Under the pieces are notes generated by a model. That model ran no database searches. It saw nothing but the letters and a program-made list of their open reading frames with translations, and had not been told where the DNA came from. DNA of 64,000 bases from Octopus vulgaris (lineage: Eukaryota). The translations under genes and the position numbers were made by a program. Shown in pieces: positions 26,045-38,734 of this stretch. How positions within the stretch are numbered: the stretch's first letter is position 1; each line of letters starts with the position of its first letter. The stretch spans positions 31,744,001 to 31,808,000 of the forward strand of contig OX597819.1 in assembly GCA_951406725.2 (NCBI GenBank), in the 5' to 3' direction.

Positions 26045-26273
26045 ATACTCTTTACTTTCTGTCGCTTGTTTCAGTCATTTGACTGCCGCCATGCTGGAGC
26101 ACCGCCTTTAGTCGAGCAAATCGACCCCCAGGACTTATTCTTTGTAAGCCTAGTACTTATTCTATCGGTCTCTTTTGCCGAACCGCTAAGTTACGGGGGA
26201 TCTAAACACACCAGCATCGGTTGTCAAGCGATGTTGGGAGGACAAACACAGACACACAAACATATACACAAAC

Positions 26274-26320
<47 letters not shown>

Positions 26321-26487
26321 TATACGATGGGCTTCTTTAGTATCCGTCTTACCAAATCCACTCACAAGGCTTTGGTTGGCCCGAGGCTATAGTAGAAGAC
26401 GCTTACCCTAGGTGCCACGCATTGGGACTGAAACTGGAACCATGTGGTTGGTAAGCAAGCTACTTACCACACATGCACTCCTGCGCC
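26045..26487 (-). mobile_element. SINE family B, full length
   Basis: Reverse complement runs from the GGCGCAGGAGTG head to the AAAGAGTAT tail. Confidence 0.9.
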
Positions 26488-26620
26488 TACTAAAAAAACT
26501 GGCGGAATACTGCGAAGCATTTTCCCCGTGCTAACAATTGTGCCATGAAATACTGTATAGAAAGTACTACATTAGGACAAGATAAGTTAAATGGGTCGAG
26601 AGAGAGGGTGAGAGAGAGAA

Positions 26621-26682
<62 letters not shown>

Positions 26683-26919
26683 CTTTTATTACGACTGAAT
26701 CTACACGCAAAATGCCTTCACTTCCCATCAATTTTTTGTGCACATCTCACTAGTTGAGCAAGATTAGTGCATCTGTCTCATCTGTGTATGTCTTTTTGAC
26801 GGTATCGTCACGAGGTATTATAATACATTTACTCCTTATCATTTAAACTTGGCTATATATATCTGTCCCAAATATTCTACCCGTTTTCCTTTTGGTTCAA
26901 CCCATCTAGATCCAGCCTA

Positions 26920-27277
26920 GGATCTTTTCGGTTTGAACGGCGGTGTTATATGAAATTGTCATCCATAATTATGACCCTAGTATCGATCTATTGCATTTCA
27001 ATTTGTTTTAGGGTTAGGGTTAAGGGTGGGGGGAAGGGTATCTTTTTTATTCACAAATGTAAATAAACCCAATCTGTTTCTTAAACGAGGGACATATTCA
27101 TACGGTACAGAATGTAGCTTAACTCAACGGACGTTGAATTGAAATTGCCGAAATTGAAGAAAATAAAGCCAAGAGAAAAAGATGTTTTATAAACACATTC
27201 TACCCGTATACGAAGTTTAAATTTTTTTAGTCACCTAGAAATTATGTTAAAAACTGCCGTTCAAACCGAAAAGATCC
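26920..27277 (+). mobile_element. MITE family E (internal deletions) with 26-bp flanking duplication
   Basis: GGTTCAACCCATCTAGATCCAGCCTA at 26894-26919 and 27278-27303. Confidence 0.9.
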
Positions 27278-27901
27278 GGTTCAACCCATCTAGATCCAGC
27301 CTATCATACCTAACCTACAATATCATACCAAAAATAGACAATCATATCCTCAAAATCTCAAAACTACAAGATGATGCATGGTTAATTCAAAACAATGTGA
27401 ATAAATTAGTTTTGCTTTTTGACAGAGAAATCGGAATGAAGGACTAAAGTAGTGTACGTAACCTGCTATTTCAGAAACGCTAAAAATATCTCTAAACGAT
27501 ACAGTATAACTATGTGTCTGCCTGTGGACGTGGCATGATCAGGGACATCTGTTAATGAAATAATGGTTTTTCACCAGTTCTGTTAATGAAATTATGAGAT
27601 TTCACCGACGTCACTTCCGGCGCAATTTAGTTTCACTTTTAAGAGACTAAACTGCATATTAACCACTCTCTTAATTTGTCATAATGCAACTCCATGGATT
27701 CATTAATATTCAGACAAGGTTACACTCCGAGTTTTCTCACTTTTACTCTAACTGGTTTTTTGTTTTAACTTATAATTACGTTTTGGTTTTAATGTTGTCT
27801 ATTAATTTATGGAGAGAGAGAGAGAGAGAAGAATAATGTGTGAGAGTTAATGAACGCTGTTTAGAGTGAATCACGTAACAATACTATCTATTATGTGTGT
27901 A

Positions 27902-27935
<34 letters not shown>

Positions 27936-28485
27936 CATATATAAAGTTATATATGCACACACATATGCATATACTATACATATACCTATACACACACATA
28001 CATATACATTCACACACACGTATACATTCACACACACACTCACTAACTTTATAGGCGAAGGCGTGGCTTCCTAACCACATGATTCTGGATTTAGCTCCAC
28101 AGCATGACAACCGGTATTCGTATGCTTACGTTCTTGTAACTTATCTGTCCGGTATAAAAGACCGTTAGAATAAGTATCAAGCTTAAAACAAAGTAAGTCC
28201 TGCGGCGGACTTGTTCTACTAAATCCAATGACAGAACCAAATAAAAGATAAATGACGCGCGCGCGCGAATACGCACGCGCGCGCGCGCAATTTTGTGGGC
28301 TACCGTCTCGAAGGGTTTTTATAGTCGAACAAATCGATGCTAGTACTTGCTTTCTTTTTGCACCCTGGTACTAATTCTATTTGTATATTCTGCTGAACGG
28401 TATTTCATGGGGACATAAAGAAACTAACACCGATTCTCAAACGGTTGTGGGGACAAATATAAGCACAAAGATACCCAGATACATA

Positions 28486-28537
<52 letters not shown>

Positions 28538-28541
<4 letters not shown>

Positions 28542-28680
28542 AAAGTAAAAAAATATACAAACTGGGACAAGAACGTGAAACATTTAGAAGACGACACAAA
28601 AAACACGGACGGGACATTCGAAGCCCTCAATCATCAGTCAAGAACCGGATCGTCTTCGCAATTTCGGCTGATTAATCTTA
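28538..28680 (-). repeat. Short (TA)n-adjacent interspersed repeat, second copy at ~52378-52500 (+)
   Basis: AGCCGAAATTGCGA(A/G)GA(C/T)GATCCGGTTCTTGACTGA(T/A)GATT is shared by both copies, and both abut (TA)n. Confidence 0.7.
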
Positions 28681-28706
28681 GACACACACACATACGTGTG
28701 TATGTG

Positions 28707-28767
<61 letters not shown>

Positions 28768-28985
28768 GCGTAGTTAAAGCAGCTAAAGAGATTGATGGAT
28801 GAATAACCATTCTTTTGCTAATTTCCTTTTATAAAAATTATCTGTTTTTCCCTAAACTAAAATGGAGCGGTCTTGCTCCGAAAAGGAACAGCATCGTCAC
28901 GGCCTTGATACTCGAATTAAACTGGAACGGTCCTGATATGAACGAGAACAACATCTCTAATCCTCCAACTTAAATGGAAAAAGAT

Positions 28986-29211
28986 ATACTCTTTACTCTT
29001 TTACTTGTTTCAGTCATTTTGACTGCGGCCATGCTGGAGCACCGCCTTTAGTCGAGCAACTCGACCCCGGGACTTCTTTTTGTAAGCCCTGTACTTATTC
29101 TATCGGTCTCGTTTTGCCGAACCGCTAAGTGACGGGGACGTAAACACACCAGCATCGGTTGTCAAGCAATGCTAGGGGGACAAACACAGACACACAAACA
29201 CACACACACAC

Positions 29212-29265
<54 letters not shown>

Positions 29266-29441
29266 ATATACATATATACGACAGGCTTCTTTCAGTTTCC
29301 GTCTACCAAATCCACTCACAAGGCATTGGTCGGCCCGGGGCTATAGCAGAAGACACTTGCCCAAGATGCCACGCAGTGGGACTGAACCCGGAACCATGTG
29401 GTTCGTAAGCAAGCTACTTACCACACAGCCACTCCTACGCC
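28986..29441 (-). mobile_element. SINE family B, full length
   Basis: Reverse-complement match with an expanded internal microsatellite. Confidence 0.92.
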
Positions 29442-29857
29442 TATGTCTTTCTTTTTTAAAAGTAAAAGCAGGACGTGTATATTCCGGTACAGAACAGACG
29501 ATAGGAGTGAGTGAGTGTATGTACGTCATTATTCAGGTTTATTTCAAGATTTCTTGCCAACAGAGAAAAAGGTCCCGTCATTGGAATTTCAACATCAACA
29601 ACAAGGTATTTTTGTTTGTATGTATGTATGTATATGTGAAAATGTATGTAAGTATTTATGTACGTACGTGTTCTACACGTACGTGCTCTATATTACAGCT
29701 CGGTAAAGGTAACAGGTGTGTGCGTGTATGTAACATTACAACAGATATATGCGTGCTTGCATTACAGAAAGGCAGAAGCTTTGGTTGTGCTCCAGTATGG
29801 CTGCAGTCCAGTGACGAAATTAAAACCTTTAGATTTGAAGTTATACTCCATATCTGC

Positions 29858-29903
<46 letters not shown>

Positions 29904-29924
29904 ATTATATTCTTTTCTACTCTA

Positions 29925-30133
29925 GGCACAAGGCCGGAAATTTTTGGGGAGGAGGCCAGTTGATTTGATCGACCCAAGTACGCAACTGGTACTTAATATA
30001 TCGACCCCGAAAGGATGAAAAGTAAAGTCAAAGCAAAGTCGACCTCGGCGAAATTTGAATTCAGAACGCAAAGACAGACGAAATACCACTAAGAATTTCG
30101 CCCGGTGTGCTAACGTTTCTGCCAGCTTGCTGC
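29925..30133 (-). mobile_element. Older family A SINE
   Basis: CGACCCCGAAAGGATGAAA...AATTTGAATTCAGAACG...CTAACGTTTCTGCCAGCTTGC. Confidence 0.8.
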
Positions 30134-30153
30134 TCTTCATAAGCATATTTTAT

Positions 30154-30262
30154 TATTCCACCTGAAGAGGCTCTTTTGCACTGTGCGTTGCATCTGGTAT
30201 TATTCCACGTCTAACTGGAGAGCAGTGCGACTTGAAGCCGAAACAATTGTCGTGCTAATACG
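30154..30262 (+). ncRNA. Type I hammerhead ribozyme motif (minimal palindromic stem III, long stem II)
   Basis: CAC-CTGAAGA-GGCT...AGCC-GAAA-CAATTG-TC-GTG. All core nucleotides are present. Stem I CAC/GTG, stem II GGCT/AGCC plus GCACTG/CAGTGC, stem III AC/GT around palindromic AATT, GUC cleavage triplet at 30249-30251. Confidence 0.8.
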
Positions 30263-30294
30263 TTTTTTTGTTATACCACGTCTTTTCCATTAAT

Positions 30295-30348
<54 letters not shown>

Positions 30349-30805
30349 CCATACGGGAATGTATAACTGCATCGGAAATTACAAAGGCAACAGAACTGCC
30401 AACTTAACTTCCTGTCCAGCCGGATGTCAACGATCAAACGCTGTGTGTGCGCGCGGCGTGTTTATTAAATTGAGTATCCGTGAGTATTTCAGCCATGCAG
30501 TCTGTCAGATAGAGAGTGGCAGTCACACCCACATGGACTGGCGAGCATACACAGACAGACTGGCGAAGAGTTAAGAGAACTTGTTGAGTTCAAGGAGGAA
30601 ACATTGAAGATACTTGGACAGTGTGTGTGTGTGTGTCTGTGTGTGTCTTTGGCAATCTGTGTATGTGTGAGCGAGAAAGGGAAAGAGAGCCAATCTATGC
30701 GTGTGCGCCTGTGCCTTTGATAGTGAGTTCGTGTGTGTATATGTTTTCCTTGAGTCGTGATTGAAACTTCAGATGCTTTTCAGCTAGAAGCGCGGGCTGG
30801 AGTAG

Positions 30806-31380
30806 CATCTGTAGATAGAAAGAGCTTGTAGATGAAGGTAGTGGGGGGTGAGTTACGACATCTGTCGATAGAAGGAAAGGTGCAGGGGTTATAACATCTG
30901 TTGATAGAATAGGATAAGCAGTGGTTAAGCAAGGTCATCTGTCGATGGAAAAGAAGGATTAAGGGTTCTGACAGTTGTGGATAGAAGGAGAAGAGCAGGG
31001 GGTTATGTTTGATATCTGTAGACAGAATTTGAGGAGCAAGAGTTATATCTTTAGATAGAGAGGGAGGAGCAAGGAGTATGACATCTGTAAACGAAAAGCG
31101 GGAACGTGAGTTATATCATCTGTAGATTTACGGGAAAGAGTAGGGGCAAGGACATTTGTAGATAGAAGGGGAGACGAACTAAGGCATCTGTATATAGACA
31201 GGGAGGAGTAAGGATTAAGACACCTGAAGATAAAAGCGGAGGAGTAGGGGTTATGACATCTGTAGATTGGAGGCGAGGGATGGAGGCTAAGATATCTGTA
31301 GATAGCAGTGAGGAGGAATGGAAGTTTTGGCATCTGTCTACAAATACCATAAGCAAGACTTATGGTATTTGTAGACAGAA
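30806..31380. repeat. Degenerate ~41-bp tandem repeat (GACATCTGTAGATAGAAGG...)
   Basis: ATCTGT(A/C)GATAG recurs about every 40 bp, roughly 14 times. Confidence 0.8.
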
Positions 31381-31624
31381 TGCGGTGAGCAAGGAACAGA
31401 ATTTTGTGTACAATAAAACGAAAAGTCTATTCCAAATATGGCGCGTGAGTACATGTACATACATGTATACATATGCATATGCCTGCACACACGTGTGCGT
31501 GTGTATGTCTATACATATGTATGTATATACATGTAGTTCGAGCTGTGTGGATAATACCGGGCTGACTTGGTGCCTCAACTTAAGTACCTAATTCAACTGA
31601 ATCTTAATTATTTCTGTCTGTCTG

Positions 31625-31660
<36 letters not shown>

Positions 31661-31662
<2 letters not shown>

Positions 31663-31820
31663 TCTCCTTGTTTCTTTTCTGTGTATCTTTCTGTTGAAGA
31701 GCGTCGACTCGAAACGTAAAAGACTTGTTTTATTTATATTCCTGAGCGCCATACTAATACAATTGTTTGTTTGTACTCCACCTGCCTTCGTCTTTTGTTT
31801 ATTTTCATAAAGCTTCCCGT

Positions 31821-31823
<3 letters not shown>
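31661..31823 (+). mobile_element. Short insert inside (TA)n with a hammerhead-like variant motif (31686-31723); possible Penelope-like terminus
   Basis: (TA)n on both sides. Motif TCTTT-CTGTTGA-AGAG CGTCGA CTC-GAAA-CG-TA-AAAGA. Confidence 0.5.
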
Positions 31824-31871
<48 letters not shown>

Positions 31872-31884
31872 ATATACACAGAAA

Positions 31885-32083
31885 CACTAGGGTTGCTGAA
31901 AAGTTCCTGGCTTTAAGGGTATCGCCAAAGGCCTTTCTGAAAGGCCAAACTTCCGAGTTCTATTACAGGACCGCTGCAGTAAGTGCGTGAATCTGAGAGG
32001 AGAATATACTGGACGAAATAATTAACTGACCCTCCTGTATTTTCTTTTATCCAAAGAGAGACATTTTTCACCATCCCCTCGTG
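31885..32083. mobile_element. Possible degenerate Tc1/mariner-type MITE
   Basis: Imperfect TIRs CACTAGGGTTGCTGAAAAG / TTTTTCACCATCCCCTCGTG. Confidence 0.45.
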
Positions 32084-32446
32084 TAAGTGTATGATAAGTG
32101 CCAATGCACGAAACTCTCTGTTGCTTCAGCTAAATATTAATAAAAATATACTCATATTTTGAGTTCTATTTTTCTTGTTTGCTTTGGCATACATACATAC
32201 ATACATACATACATACATACATAACATACATGCATACATATATGCATATATACACACATAACATACATACATACACATGCATGCATACATACATACTCAC
32301 ATACAAACATACATACATACATACACACATACATACATACATACATGCATACATACACACATACATACATACATACATACATACATACATACATACACGC
32401 ATACATGCATACATACATGCATACATACATACATGCATACATACAT

Positions 32447-32493
<47 letters not shown>

Positions 32494-32533
32494 TACACAC
32501 ACACACACATATACATACCTACATACATACATA

Positions 32534-32753
32534 TGCTTTAGCATTCAGATTACTTAGTCAAATGTAATGTTTATGCATTCACATTAGTTTGAATTAATCG
32601 TGCATTGTCTTGTAGCTGTAAGATTTCAATGAATGTCATAACAGATTTTAGGAATGGCATTGTAGGGTAGGTGTAAGAGGCCAGTTGCAGCCAGTTTGAA
32701 CATAGAACAGATAGAATATTTGGGCGAGCTCTGGCCATTTTAAGTGCTAAAGG
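32534..32753. mobile_element. Possible piggyBac-like MITE (related, MITE-interrupted copy at ~26830-27450)
   Basis: Ends CTTTAGCATT / AGTGCTAAAGGG. Body resembles the reverse complement of 26860-27430. TTAA TSD is not intact. Confidence 0.45.
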
Positions 32754-32890
32754 GATGAAGGCCTCCACGACGGTGGAGTTACGATTTCAGGAGAACGATT
32801 GGGATCACGTGGATGAGAAGGAGAAGAGTGGACAACGTGCTGTGACCAGCGGTGTCAAATGGACGCCTGACGGACTGGTCGGTCAAGGTG

Positions 32891-32921
<31 letters not shown>

Positions 32922-33070
32922 CATGGATAGCCCCACAACATGTGTGCAAGCGCACACACTATGGCTAATGACTAAATAATACCAAAATATAATTGATTTT
33001 TTCAAGGCAAGTATTTGACCTTTTTCTTTCCTTTAGAAATCGGCATGAACTTTCCGGGCAACCCAATACA

Positions 33071-33125
<55 letters not shown>

Positions 33126-33386
33126 GCATTAAATACTACAAAACGTACACGTAGGACAGACAAAGAAGGACCCTAATTCTTCATCAGTTATCGACCAAAA
33201 CACTAAAACACAGTTTCATTTTTTATTTATTGAACGACTGAACGCCACGCATCCCGACTTTTGTTAACAGAGATGGCCAGATAACCGAAGAGATGGTGTT
33301 GTGGATTTCCACCTCGGAATCCGTAAATCAGAGTTTTATCTTGGCTATTGAATAATTGTCACATATTATTTTACATATATATATAT

Positions 33387-33780
33387 GAGTGGCTGTGTGG
33401 TAAGTAGCTTGTTTACCAACCACATGGTCCCGGGTTCAGTCCCACTGTGTGGCAACTTCGGCAAGTGTCTTCTACTATAGCCTCGGGCCGACCAAAGCCT
33501 TGTGAGTGGATTTGGTAGACGGAAACTGAAAGAAGCCCGTCGTATATATGTATATATGTATATGCGTGTGTGTGTTTGTGTGTCTGTGTTTGTCCCCCTA
33601 GCATTGCTTGACGACTGATGCTGGTGTGTTTATGTCCCCGTTACTTAGCGGTTCGGCAAAAGAGAACGATAGAATAAGTACTGGGCTTACAAAAGAATAA
33701 GTCCCGGGGTCGAATTTCCTCGATTAAAGGCGGTGCTCCAGCATGGCCACAGTCAAATGACTGAAACAAGTAAAAGAGTA
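33387..33780 (+). mobile_element. SINE family B, near full length
   Basis: Close match to 10002-10411. Confidence 0.92.
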
Positions 33781-34055
33781 TATGCCCGCCGGTGTATCAC
33801 AAATCCGAAAAAGTACACCAAGAGCAGCAGAATATACAGATAAAGATAGATGCCTGCTCCATTGGGTTACCCTGGGTTTCACGTCCAAACAGCGCTTAGC
33901 TTACATGTTTGATTTGTATATATGTGTGTGTGTGTGTGTGTGTAATTTCAGCTATTTCTTGTACAAAGCAATATGAGATATTAATACACCGATGACTCAA
34001 ACAAAAGAAATAGGTTTTGACACGAGTGAGGTTTGAGGTAAGTCTTATCTATGTA

Positions 34056-34367
34056 TACTCTTTTACTCTTGTACTTGTTTCAGTCATTTTGACTGCGGCC
34101 ATGCTGGAGCACCGCCTTTTAATCGAGCAACTCGACCCCGGGACTTATTCTTTTTTGTAAGCCCAGTACTTAATTCTATCGTTTATTAGAGGCAACCAGG
34201 GCGCGAAACCGATTCACAAGAAACATCAATTCCATGTCCTGTCTTGACTTAGATTCCACAAACGTTTGTTTGTGTGTGTGTGTGTGTGTGTGTTTGTGTA
34301 TTTGTCAGTGTGTCTGATACATACATACACACATGTATACACACGTATATAGATATACATATATGTG

Positions 34368-34399
<32 letters not shown>

Positions 34400-34427
34400 G
34401 ATGATAGGATAATTTCTATCGGTCTCT
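34056..34427 (-). mobile_element. 5'-truncated family B SINE carrying an inverted copy of nearby DNA
   Basis: B tail at 34056-34181, insert at 34178-34408, B resumes with TTCTATCGGTCTCT at 34414-34427. TSD TCTATGTATA at 34048-34057 and 34425-34434. Confidence 0.8.
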
Positions 34428-34528
34428 ATGTATATATATATATATATTATTCTTGGTAAATTCTGGGAATGTTGTTGACAGTGACTTCGAAGTTTTGGCC
34501 AGCTTAATCCATCGTCTATCTATCTATC

Positions 34529-34569
<41 letters not shown>

Positions 34570-35075
34570 GTGTGTGCGTGCGAGGCGCTTGCAAGAGAGA
34601 TAGAGAGAAAAGATAAAGAATGTCAATGTACTCTCGACGTTATTGTACACTTTCCATGTTAACTGTGACTACAACCAGGAAGTGAGTGAGCGAGCGAGCG
34701 AGCGAGCGTGAGAGAGAGAGAGAGAGAGAAAGTAGGTCTTGAACACACATCAACTGCTGCTGCCCGACCCACAACAAGCGCAACCACATTTCCTTCTGAA
34801 ACGAGGAGGAATTTCACCGCCCGCTATGTATTTATTAACTGGCCTTATTTATTATATATATATATATATACTGCTTCGGCTACTGCTGCTGTTAATGCCG
34901 TCGCTACTACTGCCGCCACCGCCGCCACCGCGCTGCTGCTGCTACTGCTGCTACCACTGCCACTGCTGCTGCCACTGCTACTACTACTACTACAGCTGTC
35001 ATCAACAAAGCATAACTGACAGCACTCGAGCATATCGTTGTTTAAAAGATTCTTATTTTTGACACATATTACACT

Positions 35076-35123
<48 letters not shown>

Positions 35124-35249
35124 TGGAGTCTCCCCCTCTTTATGTATGTGTGTGTGTGTGTGTGAGTATGTTGGAGTCTCCCCCTCTTTATGTATGTGTG
35201 TGTGTGTGTGTGTGTGTGAGTGTTTATAAGTATTCACATGTACATTTGT

Positions 35250-35296
<47 letters not shown>

Positions 35297-36793
35297 CGCA
35301 CACACACACATACATACATAAAACATTAAATACACACGTACATATATAAATCTATACATACCTATCCTGTGTGTGTGTGTGTGTGTGTGTGCGCGCACAC
35401 ATATGTATATCTATATACGTGTGTATACATGTGTGTATGTATGTATCAGACACACTGACACATACATACACACACAAACGTTTGTGGAATCTAAGTCAAG
35501 ACAGGACGTGGAATTGATGTTTCTTGTGAATCGGTTTCGCGCCCTGATTGCCTCTAATAAACGATTCTACTTCCGGAACTCCTGTCCGCCTGTGGCCTCA
35601 AGGATTACCGTTCAGCGCACAACACCCCTCCTTATCCCCATATCAAAATCTGAACACCCTTCCTTTTTCAGAGAAGCTCGCTTTGCAAACCAGGTGTTTC
35701 GGATTCAGTGGTGCCTCGTGGCACCTTGAGCAAATAGTCTTCTATTATAGCCCTGGGCCGACCAATGTCTTCTGTGTGAACTCGGTCGGCAGAAACAGCG
35801 TGGAAGTCCGTCATATGTGTATATGTGTCTGTATTTGCGCCTCCGCTCCCACCACCGCTTGATAACCGGTGCAGGTTTGTTTACGTCACTGTAACTTAGC
35901 GGTTGGGCAAAAGAAACCCTTAGAATAAGTAGTAGACAGTAAAAAGATAAGTACTGGTGTCGATTTGTTTATCTGAACCCTCTAAGGCGCTACTCCAGTA
36001 TGGCCACAGTCTTATAATAACTGACACAAGTAAGTCTTAGTGAAAGATAAGGTCAGGGCTCTCCAAGACCGATAGGAAGAAGGAAACGGTGTCTTCAGAG
36101 CAAAGTTCTAGCTTGAACACTTGTACTGCACAAGAGGCACTCAGGGTCTGGTGGTGTTAAATCGAACGGAGGATGGGAGCCTACTACTCCCCAGCAATTG
36201 GACCTGGTCATTCTGACATTCTTCCACATTCTGTCTTACAAATTTTACCCGCAAAGCTTCGCTGGATCTTCGGGTGACTGGAGAAGATGTTTGATCAAGG
36301 TGCCGCACTTTGGGACCGAACCAAAAACTACATTGTTGCGAAACGGATTTCTTAACGGCACAGTCATCCATATCCGTAGAAGTCGATTAAGCGAGTGATA
36401 CCCAGGTCACCACCCCACCCACCCCGTTCATCCGGTGACGATAGTCGGGGTGGGGGAGAGGGTTAATTGCGTTGCACGCTCAATTCGCGGGTTATCGTTT
36501 TTTAATTGCATGACGTTTCCCCAAGGCACATAAAAGGTTGACACTAGACCAGCTGGGAATCGAAACTGGTTATTGGATATATAGTTACAGAGCAGTACTG
36601 TATTCATCATCAACATCATGATTATCATCACTGCCAACAACAACGCCATCACCAACAAGACCGCATTATTTGATGTATACAACACTATATGTAATTTGTA
36701 TTAGTGGATATAACTGTTGTTTAGCTCCGCGTCAACCGTGATCTAACAGATGTTAAAAAAAAATTCAAGCGCGACCAGCCTATCTGTTATGCA

Positions 36794-36835
<42 letters not shown>

Positions 36836-37337
36836 GAGAAAGAGAGAGAGATGGATGGATAGATAGATGGATGGCTAGATGAATGGATAGACAGATAGAC
36901 GGACGGACAGAGAGAGAGACAGAGAGACTGACAGTCAGAGACAGACAGATAGAGACAGACAGACAGACAGACAGACAGAGACAGACAGACAGACAGGCAG
37001 ACAGATAGAGACAGACAGACAGACAGAGACAGATAGACAGAGACAAATAGACAGAGACAGATAGACAGAGACAGACAGATAGAGACAGACAGATAGAGAC
37101 AGACAGATAGAGACAGACAGAGACAGATAGATAGAGAGACAGATAGAGACAGACAGACAGAAACTGAAACTATGCCAAAGCTACTTTAATGGCAGCTATT
37201 TGAATCTATCTAATTGTGCCTATGTACCACTGTACGTTTCCGTTCTTTGACCTGCTGCTGCGTTGTGTTCTCGAGTAAACCATTTCATCTCACGTTGCTC
37301 TGCGATCCCTCCGTCTCCTGATGCGTGGTACGCTGTG

Positions 37338-37648
37338 TGGAGGCGCAATGGCCCAGTGGTTAGGGCAGCGGACTCGCGGTCGTAGGATCGCGGTTTCGAT
37401 TCCCAGACCGGGCGTTGTGAGTGTTTATTGAGCGAAAACATCTAAAGCTCCACGAGGCCCCGGCAGGGATGGTGGTGATCCCTGCTGTACTCTTTCACCA
37501 CAACTTTCTCTCACTCTTACTTCCTGTTTCTGTTGTACCTGTCTGTGGAGTGCTCAGCCACTTACACGTTAATTTCACGAGCAGGCTGTTCCGTTGATCG
37601 GATCAACCGGAACCCTCATCGTCGTAACCGACGGAGTGCTTCCATCCA
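37338..37648 (+). mobile_element. SINE family C with internal deletion
   Basis: 11-bp TSD GGTACGCTGTG at 37327-37337 and 37649-37659. Confidence 0.92.
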
Positions 37649-38159
37649 GGTACGCTGTGCATCTGTTCAGGCAACGTCGATTTGAGACAGAGCGAGCTAA
37701 CGTACAAGCACAGCCATTTGAGCATTATAAACAAATCATTCGTACTGGTTGTTCAGCAAGAAATGGCAAGCAGAACCGTCTTTCTCGGACCACGAGAAAC
37801 TACCAAACATCGGTCCATCAATCTGTCTATCTACAAACGTAAAATGTTCTCATTCGCGTCTACGTCATCACGTATACATAAACGCGCGCGCACACACACC
37901 AATTTATATGATTGGTCGTTTAACCATTGTTAGAAATAACAAAAAAATCGCATCTCACCGTTTTGGAAAAGGAGAGATCGATTGTCCAACGCTGACCTGT
38001 ATATAGAAAAAGACGACAACAATGGTTACGACTGGAACCCCTTTGATCATAACTCTGCTGGATCAGGGTTGTCCCAGGGCTAAACAAGAAGAACAACAAC
38101 TACAATGTCGAGGTGTTCGGTCCTTTGTCAAGATGTAAAATCCATACAATATATCGATT

Positions 38160-38372
38160 TCAAATTTTGGCACAAGGCTAGCAATTCTGGTGACAGCGAT
38201 AAGTCGATTACACCGACCCCAGTACTAACTGGTCCTTATTTTATCGACTCCGGGAAGATGAAATGCAAAAGTCAACCTAAGCAGAATTTGAACTCAGAGC
38301 GTAAGAGACGGACGAAACATCGCTTGAGCTCTTTGCCCGGCGCACTTAACGATTCTGTCAGCTCACTGCCTT
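38160..38372 (-). mobile_element. Older family A SINE
   Basis: GATAAGTCGATTACACCGACCCCAGT...GAATTTGAACTCAGAGCG...GATTCTGTCAGCTCACTGCC. Confidence 0.75.
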
Positions 38373-38734
38373 AAGTGTCGTAAATACGTTAAGATATATC
38401 TTAAATAGTGTAAACATTATCCGATATAGATCTTTATTACAAGGAAACTTGACAGACTACTTACTCTGAGGTTCGCTTAAGGGTGGACTGCTCAAGACTG
38501 CCTGGAGTGAAATTCCGAGTAGCAGGTCACGTGTTGGACCTCTAACTCCCTTTCTCTCTCCTCTCGATATCAACACGTGGCATCTATCTACCCACTTACA
38601 ATATATATATATATATATATATACATACACGTTATGTCATAATATACATATACCATATGAATGTGTGCACGTTGATAGATGTAAGAGATAGGTAGATAGA
38701 TAGACAAGGTAGATGGGTAGATAGGTAGATCGTC

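Noticed and set aside
27607-27620. Composite CRE/ETS motif GACGTCACTTCCGG
   Set aside because: A short motif with no other promoter evidence; could be chance.
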